Assembly (NCBI RefSeq): GCF_964204865.1 | Contig: NC_135258.1 | Span: 10,788,001 to 10,852,000 of the forward strand | DNA: 64,000 nucleotides | DNA from: Styela clava | Taxonomy: Eukaryota | Direction: 5' to 3' | Shown here: piece by piece, positions 1 to 15,300 of the stretch | Numbering within the stretch: position 1 is the first letter of the stretch | Layout of the letters: each line of letters starts with the position of its first letter | Notes under the pieces: model-generated | The model's database searches: none | Told to the model about the DNA's origin: nothing | What the model saw: the letters and a program-made list of their open reading frames with translations, nothing else | Translations under genes and position numbers: made by a program

Positions 1-332
1 GCTATACGTCGGATAGGTTTTTTGAATTGCATCGAATTAATATTTCTAGCTATTTCAGAACTTCAACCTATGTTTTTCTTTACTTGATTACAGCCTGCCT
101 CGTATAAGGATTATCATGTTTATCCCGGGCCTTCACTATAAAGTTCTATAACATTCTATGAATATTTACCAGTGAATGAATGACACGACCTGATGTTATG
201 AAATGTTTCTCTTCTCAGGCAAACAAGTCAAATTATTTAAAACGGATGAATGATAAATTTGTAATTGACCAGGGATACAGACAGATTTTATATATGAAAT
301 AATTTTATCTCGTTTTTATTATTATTTTTTAG

Positions 333-3300
333 ATGGGTTTTTGGGACAGTCGGTTGCAAACTGATGAGCTTCATTACTCTTCTCAATCTTTACGGAAGTG
401 TGTTTTTTCTCGTCGCTATGGGGATTGATCGTTACTTGGCAGTTGTCTATGCAGTGAGGGCACGAAATTACCGTACTCCACGAAAAGCTGTCATTGCGTC
501 TGCCATTATATGGGCGTTTGCAAGTCTAATTGGACTCCAAGCTCTCATTTGGAGAAAGGTGGGATAATTATAGCTATGTTTCTTTCAAAAAAGAATTTGA
601 CTGGTTAATTAAATTTTCTAATTGGCGTCTCGGGCGCATGGCACTGCCGTAAGAGATTGTTATAACTGAACATGATGGTATTCTATATTTGGAACAAACC
701 TATTTTAAGAATTATTAATTGATTAAGTCTCGATAAAACAGTAAAAAAAGACTATCACATAGAGTGGGTGGAATTGTATATTGGAAGTGGTATGAATGTT
801 CTTACTAAAACAAAAATATGGACGACGGTAGAAGCGGTTCCAATTTTTCAAATAGTTTGAAAAATATAGACAGTATTAAAAACAGGGCTATAATATAACC
901 TATAACTTTCGTTTAGTTACATGTAAAACCGGGAAGAACTAGGTGCATCTGGGCATTGCCGGATGAACTAATGACAACTTACTACGTGATACGGATGGCT
1001 TTTGGATTTTTCGTACCTTTTATCGTTATAGTCTATTGCTACATTCTTATTATTCTGAAACTGCATAGCCGTGTGAACAAATCGTCGCTCACTGGTTCAA
1101 GTATGACAAATAAGCAACAAAAAGTGAGTATTTACAATAAATAAATATTATATGAATGAGGTTATGATTGTTTTATATTTTTCATGTCTCTGCTTCGTCA
1201 GGCTTATAGTGGTTTTGGACTCTCACGTACTTCGTTATTTCCTAGTGACATGTACAGTTTTAATTTTATTACAGAACCAATATTCCGATTGGCTTCAAAA
1301 CAGTTTAAAAGAATAATTTCTAGAAAATAATTTAAAATCTTACTTGCTCTGATAACAAGGGGCCACCATCATTATCAAGAATCATATATATGCGCTTCCC
1401 CGATTTTTTTCACGATGTATTCCTCGAAGTACAATCATCTTTTTTATCGAAAAACATATGGATTTCAGAAGTGCATCTTTTAATGACCTATTTTAAATAC
1501 TGTACCCTTTAACCAAACGTCCAGTAAATCATATGTGATTTTATAATTTGCAAGTCAAGAGTAAAATCCTCAAATTAATATTTCATGCAAAGCTTCAAGA
1601 TCAATCTCATTCGTGCTTTAGCCATATGTTATCGCACAGATATAATACCAATTTCATTATTTTGTAAAACTCGGACTTAAACGAGATTTTATTTATGAGT
1701 TCCCCTGGTCCCCAACGCCTATTTGCATTGAAAATAATCAAACCATTTTTGAAAGATTTCCTAAACACTCCATCGACTTTGATTAGACTTTGTTATTTAG
1801 TCTACAAGTTTTTGACAAATTACATGCTCTATTTCAGATTACAAGAGCTATTTTGGCAGTCATCAGTTTGTTCGTTGTTTGCTGGCTCCCAAATCACATC
1901 GTTACATTAATACTTGCAGTAACAGTCAACGACAAGGCAGCGAGAAGCAGTATGGACTTGTCGGTAAGCACTGTATCTTATACAGTAATACACAACAAAA
2001 AATTATTGTTTGTTCATCTGAACATCAAACTATCAAATAGCATGTTGAACACGCTGCTAGCACATGCTCAAATCGCATAGCTTTCATTGTAAAATATTTC
2101 GAGCAAGATCTTACAGAAACGCTACTTTTCCGTGACATGAAGATTTCCATTTTCAGTTATCATTACTTGATCTGACCACCAGAGTTTATACCATTTGCTC
2201 AATATAATTAAGTTTAAACCCGTTATGACATTATAGTAACCATTGACAATTTGAATAACGTATACATTTGATTAGAGAAGAGTAAACCATTATGCACAGG
2301 TTGGCAGAGAAGGCAGAGAGATATAAATAATTTATACTAGTAATTTATTTGAAAATAATATCATTCTTAATTAAATAAAGTTTAGAAAGCACCATTTAGG
2401 TAAGACATGTGAAAATCGCGATACAGTAATCGAACGCAAAGGGGTTATACCCAGCATTCGAATACTATATATTTTATGACATCACATTCTGTATGGCTCT
2501 AATTTAACAAATTATTATTAATAAAACAATCTTTGGCTAAAACATCTTAATTTGGCTATTAGTTGGCAGTACGGTAAATAAACCCTTGAATGTTCACCAG
2601 CGTGAATCATTACCCCAGAGATCAGAGCTTTTTGTCACACTAAAGTGGAAAACTGAGAGAACCTTGGCAAACCCGTTCCACTACACAGAAAAGTACGTGG
2701 GTCATATCAATTAAAAGAATGTTGTACTGATAGGCACCAAGCAAGGAATATATATTTTACGATAATGAATGTTATAAATATATGAAGAATTTAGCAATGG
2801 TTATCGGCTATCAAGGTTCATATATTCAGATTTTAACCAGATTTTAACAAGAAATTTACATATAAACGAGTCAGTTTATTGTAAGTATAAACAATGGTGT
2901 TTTACCATATTTTCCGTCACATCTCTGAAAGATATTTTTACATAGACTCTGAAGTAAATTTGGTTGTAAATTTGTATAACGTCCATGTTTTGTATAATCA
3001 AGGAAATGGAAAATTCGCGCAGGAAGCGCGTAGGAGAATATGCAATAAGATGTAATCCATTAGATGAATACTTTCCGATACATATATATAATGGTATTTT
3101 GAAAATAGATCAATAGCGATGTTACGATATTCATTTCTCAAATTTTTCAATACTTAATAATATTATAGATGTAATTCAATTTAGTTACATAAGAAATATT
3201 ATATCTTAAGACTTTGGATAAAAACAAAAAAATGTAAAAATACTCTGTAATACGTTGATTGGCCCAGGAATTAAAACAACTTTTTAGCGTCAAAAGTTTC

Positions 3301-6300
3301 GAAAGTTGTGCTTATAAAATAATATTATATCAATATTATATCCTGAGTCCTTTTTATACTGTATGAGGGTTTTGGATGATATTTTATGATTTACTGTTCA
3401 TTAGTTGTTAAAATAGTCTGGTGGGTTGTTTTGATAAACCATAAATTTGATCAAATTAAATTGAAAAATTTGTAAAGGAAGTTTTAAAAATGTTTTGCAG
3501 TTCGATATTTTGCAGATTTATTGTCTCTTTTTTATCTACAGCGTGCGCGTCATTGTAGAATAACAGAATAACAATGGCTTTCGTACAATTGTTTTCTGTT
3601 CTTTTAAATCATGCTGGAATTATTTATCTTGTTTTTCCTGAGTTCCGTCGGTCGATGTATGCTAAAATATGTATCTACATTCAATGTTCCGCAGCTTAAT
3701 TGCATTTAGCTTACAATATTCTTTGTCCGAGTCGATTTAAATCTCATTGGCTAGATAACACATTAGTCGATATTGGATATTGTACTATATTCAACAAAAA
3801 TCGCAAATTTTACCGGAATTCAGTCATGTTTTGATGTATGTGGATCAAATTTTAAATCAAGATTAGGAGTCATGTCCACTTGAAAACGGTTCAGTAACCA
3901 TTCACGATCACTGGTTCGAGATAGTAATGCATCCGAATTTTTATTACAGTGCGCTAAAATGGATAAATAAACGTAAAAAATAGGGGTACCTTTTCCGGCA
4001 ATATTGTGTTACCTATCAAAATGACTATAAAATGGCCGGGTATAAAGTGACGTAAAAATGAGTTATTTCGAGTAGTGTGCGTACAAGTATAGGGATTTAC
4101 TATTTCTTGCTTTGGCAGCCGACGCCTTACGCAACCAACGACATCATGCCCCTGGGTTTTAATGTAATTTGGCATGAATAATTAAAGTATGTGGGCATCG
4201 ATAGAAAATTAATCTCAGCTTCCTTATATATCAAAATACGACTTTAGGGCGTTGGAATTTGTTAATAAATTACGCAAGATACAAGATTTTGCACACATGT
4301 ATGGAGTTACTAGTCAATCAAAAATTCGACGTTGAAAGTTGAAAAGAGGGTAGGGCGCTATCGTTTGAAAACGATTCGCTGAAAACATCAATTCTGCTGT
4401 TGAACCACAAAACGTTATTAAGAACCAACAAAACCACAGGAATTGTAATTTTGCAAATATTCGACTTGTGGGTACAACTTTATAACAACTGCTCCCCTGT
4501 AATATCCAGCTGATCATTGAGCTACCGCAAAAAATGGCATGCCAAAGAATTATTTAGTAAGTTAAGTTTCATTTAGTATAAAACGACAAGAAAGTGCCTG
4601 GGCACGCAAGTTATTCCAAAACGGGATTTCAAACACGCAGAATCATAACACATTAAATATTCCGTGAACATTGATTCTGTGTTTTTATGATACCATATAA
4701 TAAATTGTAAAAGTTCCGAAAACATTTTTATACCAAATTACTCAAAATAAATCGCGATCCAAATCAACGTTGTAATCCTTTATCAATCGATGCATGTAGG
4801 GTACTTACAATCTTCTTTTCTCCAAATCAAAAACCTGTATGCGATGCCTAGATTTCAGCGATGCAAAAATATTATAACTACCTTACCCAGCAAGAAAGTT
4901 TTTATCTGCAATAACAGAGATCGCAAGTTTCCACTTGTCGAGAACAATGCCTCAATATCTACTTTAAGTTTTCTGTACTGGACTTCAGTTTTTGATATAA
5001 ACGTGATATATGACTGTACGATTCAAAAGAAGGTACATCTCGTTAGAGCATTTACAAATAATAATTTTACGCTTTCTCGCATCCAGCCGACTTATCCTAC
5101 ATTTTCTTGCCGTATGAGAATAGAATGGGCCTAAGTCACATTTTTCGAAAATTTTAATTTTCTGAATCTGAACTCCCCTGCGGCATTCTAAGTTGGAATA
5201 GCACTGAGAGTCAGATTCTGGATAAAATTATAGGATAAAGTTTTTTTTCCTGTTACATATTTTTATGATGACAAAATAGGAATTTGCTTAGTGCATCTTA
5301 GACCTAGGTACCAATGGGTGACAGAAAGAGCCAAAGTCCATCTAATAAATTTGATTATCATTGAAAAAAGAATAGGCCTTTAGAGAGATAAAAACAGCAA
5401 CGAATCTAAGCCGAAGTGCCAAAGAATGTTGATTAAAAAGATATTTTCCGACACATCGACCTAACCCCAGATCATGTCTTTACTGAGTATACATATCTAG
5501 ATTCAAGAATGATAAATTTCAAAATTGTTTTTTGCGATTTTCTCAAAACTCAAAATTATGACATGGGGCTGTTCAGTTCTCATCTGTCGAATTATGCAAA
5601 TTCCTTTGCCTTTACCTATCTCAAGTTTCATCGATATAAATACCACAAACACATCTCTGGGATTCCAGCATATTGCGGTTTTGACAGATAGATAGGGGTC
5701 AATATAGATGACGTAAATGAAGACGCTCATTTGTATTTGTTATTCAAAGATCAGCAGTCTCAAATGCTAATTAGTATAACACTGAATTCCTATTATGATT
5801 TATGATAACACTATGCAAACTTAGCGTTGATTCAAACACTAAATAGATCGGATTAAACGGGGCAGAGCGTTTCTTTGTGGGATCATTATCCAACTGAACA
5901 ACCACTTTCCTCCTCCCCAATCGCGCTTATAAGATGAGATTCAGTCATTTGTCAGGTCAAATCCTCCCAATCAGGATAGATTATATGAATATTCTTTTGT
6001 CGGTCACATTTAGGATAATTTGTGACTCAAAAAACAGTATCTTACACGAAGTTCATTATTTCACAGGCCTTCGTGTATTCATTTTTACGGCTTAAAATGT
6101 GCTTTTGATTTGTAAAAAATTCTGTCTATTATCGTTTTATCTCTGACAGTCGGTCCATTAGCGTGGAATAAACTCACTGGCATTTAGTGGCTTTGGTAGG
6201 ATTAAAGACACGGCTGTATTATTATTTTACGTCCGTAAAATGTTGATCTTTTCTATTTTTAATACTATTTATTCGTCTTTGTCTTTAAATAAGGTGAGGC

Positions 6301-9300
6301 CATCTTGGGAATTTTGCCAAGATGAACCCGCTCTATTTTGTAGATTAAGCGTATGAACTCGGAACAAAATTTGCATCTTTAATCTAGGTAGGATATTTTA
6401 AAACGGTAAATAATGTATAAAAAAAAATATGAAATTGTATATTTTACATTTAAAATGTTTCAAAAGGTTTCGATGAATATTAATCAATATCAGATTAAAA
6501 AATAATTACAATAAAGTTCATGAAATGTGTTTTATTACAAATTTTTCAATATTTCAGTATTATTTTTAAGGAGTATCATTTACATCCAATCATCTTTCAA
6601 TGTTGTTGATTGCTATGCGGAATTGAGTTTCCTTCCTATTTCTACAGTTTTTTTTTATTTTCACTAAAAACATTTTTGTCTACAATTGATCAATCATCAC
6701 AATAAATTAAATTAAAAATTTCTCAGCTCTCACAAAAATATTTTTTACAATTTGCGACCTTTGATTGAGGTCGTTCTGCATAATAGCATCGGATTAAAGT
6801 TCACGGATCAGCTTTGTAAAACTTAATAAAGTAAAGTAATATTCTCGCACGACAACATGAGTAGTATTGACCCAGCCAAATTGACCTTATTTAATTAACT
6901 TTCAGTGTGTATACTCCCAACACGGCGCCTTACTGCATTTCTGCGGTATTTGGCTGTTAAAAAGAGAAAAAGTTTCTTTGCGGTTTTACGTTCGTTCGAA
7001 GAATGCATTCACATACAATAAATGTAAGAATAAATATAAAATTACATGGTTACTTATTCTTTACTTCGAACTAGAACCTGTATAAGAATCCACTGGATCT
7101 ATTACTTTTGGAAAGAACGGGATCTCCCTGTTTCGGCATCGTGAATGTTAAAGCAAAATTTCTTTTTTGTGAATGACCTTCCATAAAATTGCAATGCAAA
7201 ATTAAAGTTACTCCTTCGGAGTAAAATAAGTTCCGTTCGCATATAAAAGATACTTTCTTTATATGCTGATATGTGAGGAATGGAGAAAGTTTTTATTAAA
7301 ACCGTCGAACCTGTGTTAACCCCATTTATTCGTAACTGGATTACACTTGCGGTCTCTCCCGTGTTGGAGAGGGATTGTTTAATTTTCTAATGAGAACGTT
7401 CCAGACACAGAGTGTCAGAGAAAGTTGGGAGTGTACAAGCATCAAACCAAACAAAATCGCTTCTGAAATTTTACGAGGGATAATTGGTCTATCTTCTTAT
7501 TTCACTCCCCTTAATTGCTTTTTGCATTTTGCAAAAAATTGTAACCATATGTTTGTGTTAAAAAATAAAGCGTATCACTAAATTCACTGTGGTGTCGGAA
7601 TAGCTGCGATATAACAGGAATCTTTCGAGTAACAAGGTTCATACAGAGGGTGTATAATCTCGATATCTCACAAGGGATTGGTGTGGAATGCACCACATCA
7701 AAAGTATGCAATATGTATGAACACGAATCTTGCACTTTGACTGTCGTTGGTGTCAAGTCAGAAAGGTGTTTCATGCCCGATCATGGATCTCTATACCTAC
7801 ATTTACTTATGACACTGTATGTCATAATCGGTGATTTCAATAAGGTCATGGAGCAACTAAAGCAAGTTGATTGAACTCACGCGACTTGGTTAAATTTGAT
7901 ATCACGCATTTTTAAACATAGATATAATGTCTGACTATTTGAAACGTAAGCAAGCGCCAATGTGCTGAGGACTTTGGAATGGCAATATATAGACTCAACC
8001 TATTCACGGGGTCATCGATAAATGTTTCTTATCTAGTTGTGGTAAAATTGGAATCTACTTTAGTTTGGCTGCGTTTCATTAAATATCTTAGCGAATGTAG
8101 CAAAAACCAAATATATACAGCCAAAAATCATGTTGTACTTTGGAAACGAGTATAATTTGAAAACGTAAGCTTAATGTATAATGAAAAAGCTGCGAAAAAG
8201 GTCGATATCCATTAGACACGGTCAAATGGACCGAGAGCAAAAGTCAAAATGCCCAATATATCGCGTGAAATTGAGTTTGCCTCAAACGTAATTACTAAGA
8301 ACTGCCTTGATTAAATTTATTTCTATGCAAATTAGGAGGTTGTGTCGCACGTGAAATAATCAAATATTTTACAATATATACCATGTGTTTCCCAAATGAA
8401 TCAGTATCGACCATGTGACTGGTACTAATACCAAGAATCGGTTATTTATAAATCTTCCGAAAAATAGGCGATAGCATACAGAAAGAGCGTAACGAATGTA
8501 TGTATGAAAATGTATTTTTATATCAATTTTTGGTTATCGTAGAAACAGCTATGAAATTATCAATATTAAAGGCTTATATTCAAATCAACCTGTCTCAATA
8601 TACCTACCAGCCTGCCAAAACAATTTGGAAATTGTATATATATTGTAACAAGTATTTGTCTTTTGATATGATATTTTTTTCTGTATATTCAAAGAAAAAA
8701 TTGGCATAACTAGAGTCATTTTCATCATAGCTTATAAGGGCACTGAGCAAAGTTACCGGTGCTCGGAAGGACCCAAGACATTAATAAATTTTTTCAGCAA
8801 TTCTCAATTTTGTTACTGTTGTCACTAAACGTTAGTAGAGTATGCAAAACTCAATTCAATACAAATTTCAATTCCCGAATGTCTTTTTCGTTTAATTTTG
8901 GTATAAAATTACCCCAACATGTTTGAATTGCACATATGGGCACACTTCCTGTATATCAAAGCATTCAAATCCTGCCAATAGTAATAAGATTTGGGGTAAC
9001 AGATTAGATTGAATTTTGACAAAGCGAGATTGAATTTGTCTATAGTTAATGCCTCTGTTGCAACGCTTGGTTCTAGCACAAATACAGTATTCCGTCAAAC
9101 AATTCTCAAGAGAGTCGAAATGAATATGTTCAGTAAATCTATATCCCAGAAACATGTAGTTGTTCTCATTACCCTACCGCGTCGAATTGGCGAATAAACT
9201 TGTTTTCGTTAAGTGAATTCTGGGAACCTGTATTTACCCAACTGAGTCAGTCATGAGAACGTTTTCAATATTTTCTGCCTCAGCATTATGTGTAAAAACA

Positions 9301-12300
9301 CTCATATTTCATATGCTTTCAACAGATTGTATAAATATAACAAAATTGCCCACGATAGTAATTTTAATATGTTCCTCATATATATTACAAATTTACTGCC
9401 GCCCGCGAAAACGCTAATGCACTTTTATTTAGTCTCTGGAGAGGCTGTGTCATAACTACGGACACGGTCGTCGGATGATAACAATTTCAACTGGACTGTC
9501 AGATCAAAATAATGATCATGTGTCCATTTATCGTACCCCACAAACCACGCCATTTTCTTGTCTATCGAAAATTTACATTTTTTATATAAATTTATCACTT
9601 AGATAGGGTGATTTTGAATAGCTTATTCAAAAATTTAAATTGACCTTGAAAGCAGCATGTTAGGCTGCGTATCTGAGAAATATGGCAATTGATGTTTTTA
9701 GCGAACTATCTAAGAAAGAGCGTGTTATTATCGGGTTATCTCAACAACTCTTACCTAACGGTAAAACACTGAAAATATATTATGCAGTGTCAGTGGGGTT
9801 TTATGAAAGATTGGTTGACATTAACTTAAAACTCGCAAGAGGGACAGGAACATTCCCCGACAAAATATATTATTGTGTTTATACCATAAAAAAGTAAAAG
9901 CCAATTTCGTAAACGCGATTGGAATAACGGTACAATAACCCAAACCATAAGATTGAAAACAATATTTTTCATTCACCACGATCTGATGAGTTGTGATCTC
10001 CTTGACGGACCAAAATTTTTGGAGCGATTTTATTCATAAATTTTGTTTTTACGAACAAAAATAAAGCAATACATAAAACATCATATTATAACAATTATTA
10101 TTAATATTTGCTATGACGTAAATATTCAGCATAGAATGATGTGTTCACACATTTTTGAATGATTTGACTGTGCCTAACGAATAAGTTGATATATAACATG
10201 TTTATCATAACTTAAATTATCGATTCTTCCTTTAATTTATTTTTTGGCCCTTGCTCAGCAAGCTTATTTTGCAAGAAATATGGAGATCTTCAGTTACCAT
10301 ATATCTAGTTTGTTCTTTGAATGCTAAGGTGAAACCAAATTTCTGCGTCAGTTGTATATTAAAAATGAATGAAAGAAATTAAAAATATATATATATTCGA
10401 AATATACATTTATCCATATAACTGACAAATTGTATGAAGATGGATAGGTTTTCACAATCAAGATTTTGTACAACCAATACAGCAGTACTTTTAAACAAAA
10501 TGGTGCGTTTTCCGTGTAGGCTATATAGCGTTATGGACGTTATTTTCTATTGCTATTTGAATATTTATATCGCTTTTATTAAAAAAGTGACCAAAACTAG
10601 TAATGGGGCATTTTTCAAATTAATATGCAAATAATTAAAAGGTCGGTATACTGGTACATATTTGTATCGTCATCACAAAGCATGGAATTCAATTTTCTGC
10701 CACGTTATATTTTAAGCCCTAAGACAAACTTGAAAAATTAGATGGGATTTCAACCTTCACATAATAATCGATTTTAATTCTGACTTAAATAAACTGATTT
10801 GCATAATGAAAATTGCACGTCTTGGGAGCTAATTTTCTTTGTATTCAATATATACTATAGTAAATTCATTCATGTTTCTTCTATAACCATATTACGCCAG
10901 CAAAACCTTTTTTGCTTTCATCTTTGATGATCGTTTTCGGTATTAATGAGCATAAGCGTTGTATCGACCGAAACACATCTTCGTCATTGTAGTAGTGAAA
11001 GCCGACACGATTTGGCCGTGATAGAACAAAAACAACAGAACCTTATGAATATGGATAATAACTTTTCTTGCGTAAACAAATGATAAATTTTAGAATGGTT
11101 GTGTTTTATGGATTACGCTGTCATGTTTGTCTTTTGAATACCAAAAACAGTACATCGAGAAATTGTTATATTGAGTATGTTTAATGTTGAATGGCGTTTG
11201 GTATCGAAGTAAAAACTGCAACTTTGTTACTACTGCTAGAAAATTATATTGTATCAGCGTACCACTAAACTATAAGCAATAATCTATATATATAAATATA
11301 CTTTTTTCAGACCGCCAATCTTGTGTCCGTATGTCTGGCATACGCGAACTCGAGTATCAACCCAATTCTCTACGCCTTCATGAAAGAAGAGATACGACAG
11401 GAAGGAACCGAAATGGTGGGGATCTTAAATTTATCAAAGATAAAATAATGAGATAATATTGACGTGAAAAATAAATTCTTAAAAATAATCTCAATCTTGC
11501 AAATAAACGCCCCAAATGTAACAAATGGAACTGAAGAAAAATGATACCAAACTTAGTTGACCCAAAATTTAAGTCGATTCACTCGAATTTTCTTTTTACT
11601 TTGATTATATACGTTGTTAGGGTCATTTCAAGCACCTGTGGTTAACTATGTGAAAGATTACGACGACAGAAGACCAATATTTAAAGGTCAAACAACTGAG
11701 CAATAATCCCAACAGACCATGCCTTTAACGACGCCATAAAATAAAATACAAAGATTAAATATGTGACAACAACAAATTGAAAAATAACCACGAAGCAATG
11801 TGACTATAAATATTCGACCTTTCTGGAGCAAAGTAACAGCAATATACTTTGTACAGAAATCAAAATAAAGTAAAAGGATTTTCTTTATTGAAATAAAAAC
11901 AAGTTAAGTTTCGAAGTTTGTCTGTGTGGTAATGTAAAATTTTCTCATTAAATGTTTTGAAAACTTTATGAATATTTGATTAATAAACAGTTTCAAATTG
12001 CAGATGACAAAAGGGCAGTAGTTGTTCAGACTTTTGAAATACGATAGAGAGTTATTTTTAAAAGACCAGCTGTTGCAAAACCATTTTGAAATAGCATTAG
12101 TGATCTTGAGTTTGAAGATCCTATTATAGTTTTCAGCATTTCTTTGGCTAGGTCCAAGCCAAGAACAAACACTTTTGTTTAAAATACAAACAGCAGGATC
12201 CATTACCAAATCAATAACACGAAAACGGAATACAAAACGCGACACGGCCTTCAATAAATTGATTTCGTTGTTAATTATGGTATCAAGTTCAATTTATTTA

Positions 12301-15300
12301 ACACATAATTAATTGAAACTTGAAATCGTTAAACTAGAAGAATGGAATGAAGAAGACTTTTGTACTAATCGAAAAGTCAAAGTTGTGACATATTTAAAAT
12401 AATTGAACAGTCTTCAACCTAAAAGCAATACCGGTAAAATTGATGTGCACGATATAAAACACTTTAAAATAATAATATGGTCCGTGAAATTGAATCAATC
12501 TTTATTTTAAAATATCGCTGGATGAGAACAGAACAGGCCTAAGTCATAATTTTAAGTTTTGAGAAAAACGCAAAAAAAACTTTTTGAATTTTTTTTTATT
12601 TTTGAATTTCTAGATATTCACACTTAGTAATAACCTGAGCTCTGGTTATTTTAACGTGGATGAGAATATCTTTGTAATAATTATTTTTGGGCACTTCAGC
12701 TTCAATTCCTTCCTGCTTTTTTATCCCCATAGAGGATTTTGGCCCATTCTGTTCTCAACAACTTCTGAAATTTTTTGTATGGGATGCAAGGTAAAACAAG
12801 GTGACTTAGGCCTAAGTTGCACTGAACAAATTTTTAGGGATGTAAGTTTCGGACATTTCATTTCTGATGTTCATGCCCATCATATTGGATGGAAGTCCAG
12901 CTAACATTTTTATTATTGAAAAATTCAGGATTTCAAGACCACCACCTTGTGAAGAGCATGGCCCAAAACCCCAAAATATTGAAAAAAGTGAATTTAAATG
13001 TGACTTAGGCCCCTTCTGTCCTCATCCGGCGATATAATTATTCTCACGAAATATCCAAAATTATATTTTCTCTCCCAAACTTAGATCCGTTGGCATCCGT
13101 TAACCAAAAGCATTAATAATGCAAATAAAAGGGATTTGAATCAATAATCGGATAGCAGTTACCCCGAGCAATGGACCTATAATGATCAAGATCATAAGCT
13201 TGGTTCTCAGCATTGTATCGAGCTTAGTTGTCTTCTTCAGATTATTGATAAAAGCAAAAGTATATTCAAGTTTTGAAATGTTTTTGCGAATAGACTTTGA
13301 GGATAAGTTCCATTAAAAATTTATTTCACGCATTTCACAGTGCGGGTGAAAAACTTTATAAAAACACTTTAACAATTTTGTAATCGACACCTCTTTCTAA
13401 TCAGTTATTGATCAATTCGAAGGGTTCAACTCAAATTAAACTAGAAAATTGCTACCTTGATCAGTGCACTCTACCCCCTTGATTATATATTACAAAGTGT
13501 CTAACAGTAGGAATCTCAACTTAAAAAGTGTACAAAAATTATTAGAAAATATATCAAAATTACATAAAGAAATTCACAGTGAAGTTCTCACGAAGAAAGT
13601 ACCAAAAATATTTGTTTACTGAGTACTGAATTCAGTAAGCTGTTTTCCATTAATGCTATTGGTTTACGATTAATTGAAATTACTTCGAAATACCAGAGTA
13701 GCAAGAAAACGTTTCTAGCAGTGACACCATCGGTCATTTTACGAAATGAAGTGATGAATTATTCAAACCTGAAAGTTACCGTTTTGGATCTTATCAGTTT
13801 ATCGGCGATAGGAAATTACAGCGTTTTGATAAGATCTATTTCACACTTTGAAGTAGAAACCACATCCGTGAAAAGTTTTACTGCATGTGCATTGCTTTTT
13901 TCGAGAATAGACGAAGAATATCTTAGAGAGCAAGCTCCCGTCATTTATTTTAAAAGGGTCGAATACTTAGTGGACATAATGATTTATTTACGAATTCATC
14001 ATCAAAGTACAGATTGCAGTAAAACGAATGACCAATAATCATGAAATATAATTGGAAGGGAACGGGCAAGACTGCAACGTCAACAAGGTCGACCGACCCC
14101 TAATTGGATCGCGAACCTCTTCATTCAATGGTAAAAATTATATTTTCATTGTGGAAAAGAAGACCATGGGTCATAGATATTTCATCAAAGTTTGCAACAA
14201 TGCGAAACTTGCTGTTGCATCTTTTCCGCAACTCTTATTATTCTTGTTTGCTATTGTGATTGTGTAGTTTTGAGCTTTACACATGCCCCACTTACGTCAT
14301 GACTGAGGCAATTTCTCATACTCGACTACGAAATTCAATACACGGATTCGCAAGCTTTCTAGATATAGGACAGATTCGACAAAGCTGAGTCAAGGTCAAG
14401 GTCACGATTCGAATCTACCGAGTCTGCGGTGTCATAATGGAAACGTGAAAGACAAATTCCCGATATTCCTGCAACACCGTCAAAATATGTTTTTTCTCGT
14501 ATCTATTTTCCAAACATTCCCAGTCTTTAAACTATTTTGAGACGCGTGTTTCTCATTTTTTGTTTTCGGTCCCAATATGTTGACAAATGTCACCATCAGT
14601 GGCGGCGCGTCAATAGGGACAACCGGGACAATGCCCCGGTTGTTTTTTCGGTATAATAAAAAATATTCGAAAAATACCTCAATATCGGTTGCACAGACTG
14701 TCTACACTAGCCATATTCTACCGACATGGTTCATTTTCCGCTCGCAAAGCCTTCGCCGAACGTCGACGGGGCGACGCCGATTTTGCCCCGGTTGCTCATT
14801 GTATATCGTATTCTCTCTTTTATCTTCCACTCGCCGCGTTTGTCTCGTTTGTTTTCTGTTTCTTTTACTAAATCATCGGGGCCGATCGGGGCTAGCCCCG
14901 AAATTATGACGACACAATGCCGACGTTTCTTACAACAACGTGTTGACATATTCACGCATTCCTTCTCATTCGTTGGTTGCTTGAAGAGTTGGTAGTTTCC
15001 TCGCCTTCGTTTTTGTCGCTTGTTTCGCTGTTTGAATCAGTTAGAGACCTTTAGTCCATTTGCTTTCGATTTTCCACATTCCTTTTGAGCTCCTCACATC
15101 TTTCCGGCTTCGCATTTCTTAGCCTTAGACCTCATAATGAATAAGGTTGATGCACTACTTCGCACTCCGTTTTCGCAGTTGCCGCTGGAACAAATATTAG
15201 AGGTACAACGTCTTGGGCCTTATCAACCAAAAAATTGTTCACTGGAACAATCCCATGACGGAGGAAAGCGTCGGCGTACATTCTGCGCAGAAACTTGGTA

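Noticed and set aside
11904-12254. 116-aa minus-strand ORF in a GPCR intron, and similar short ORFs at 4790-5134, 7511-7874, 8892-9197 and 13721-14267, as possible nested genes
   Set aside because: No recognisable domain and no chain of phase-compatible exons could be built; lengths are within chance expectation.
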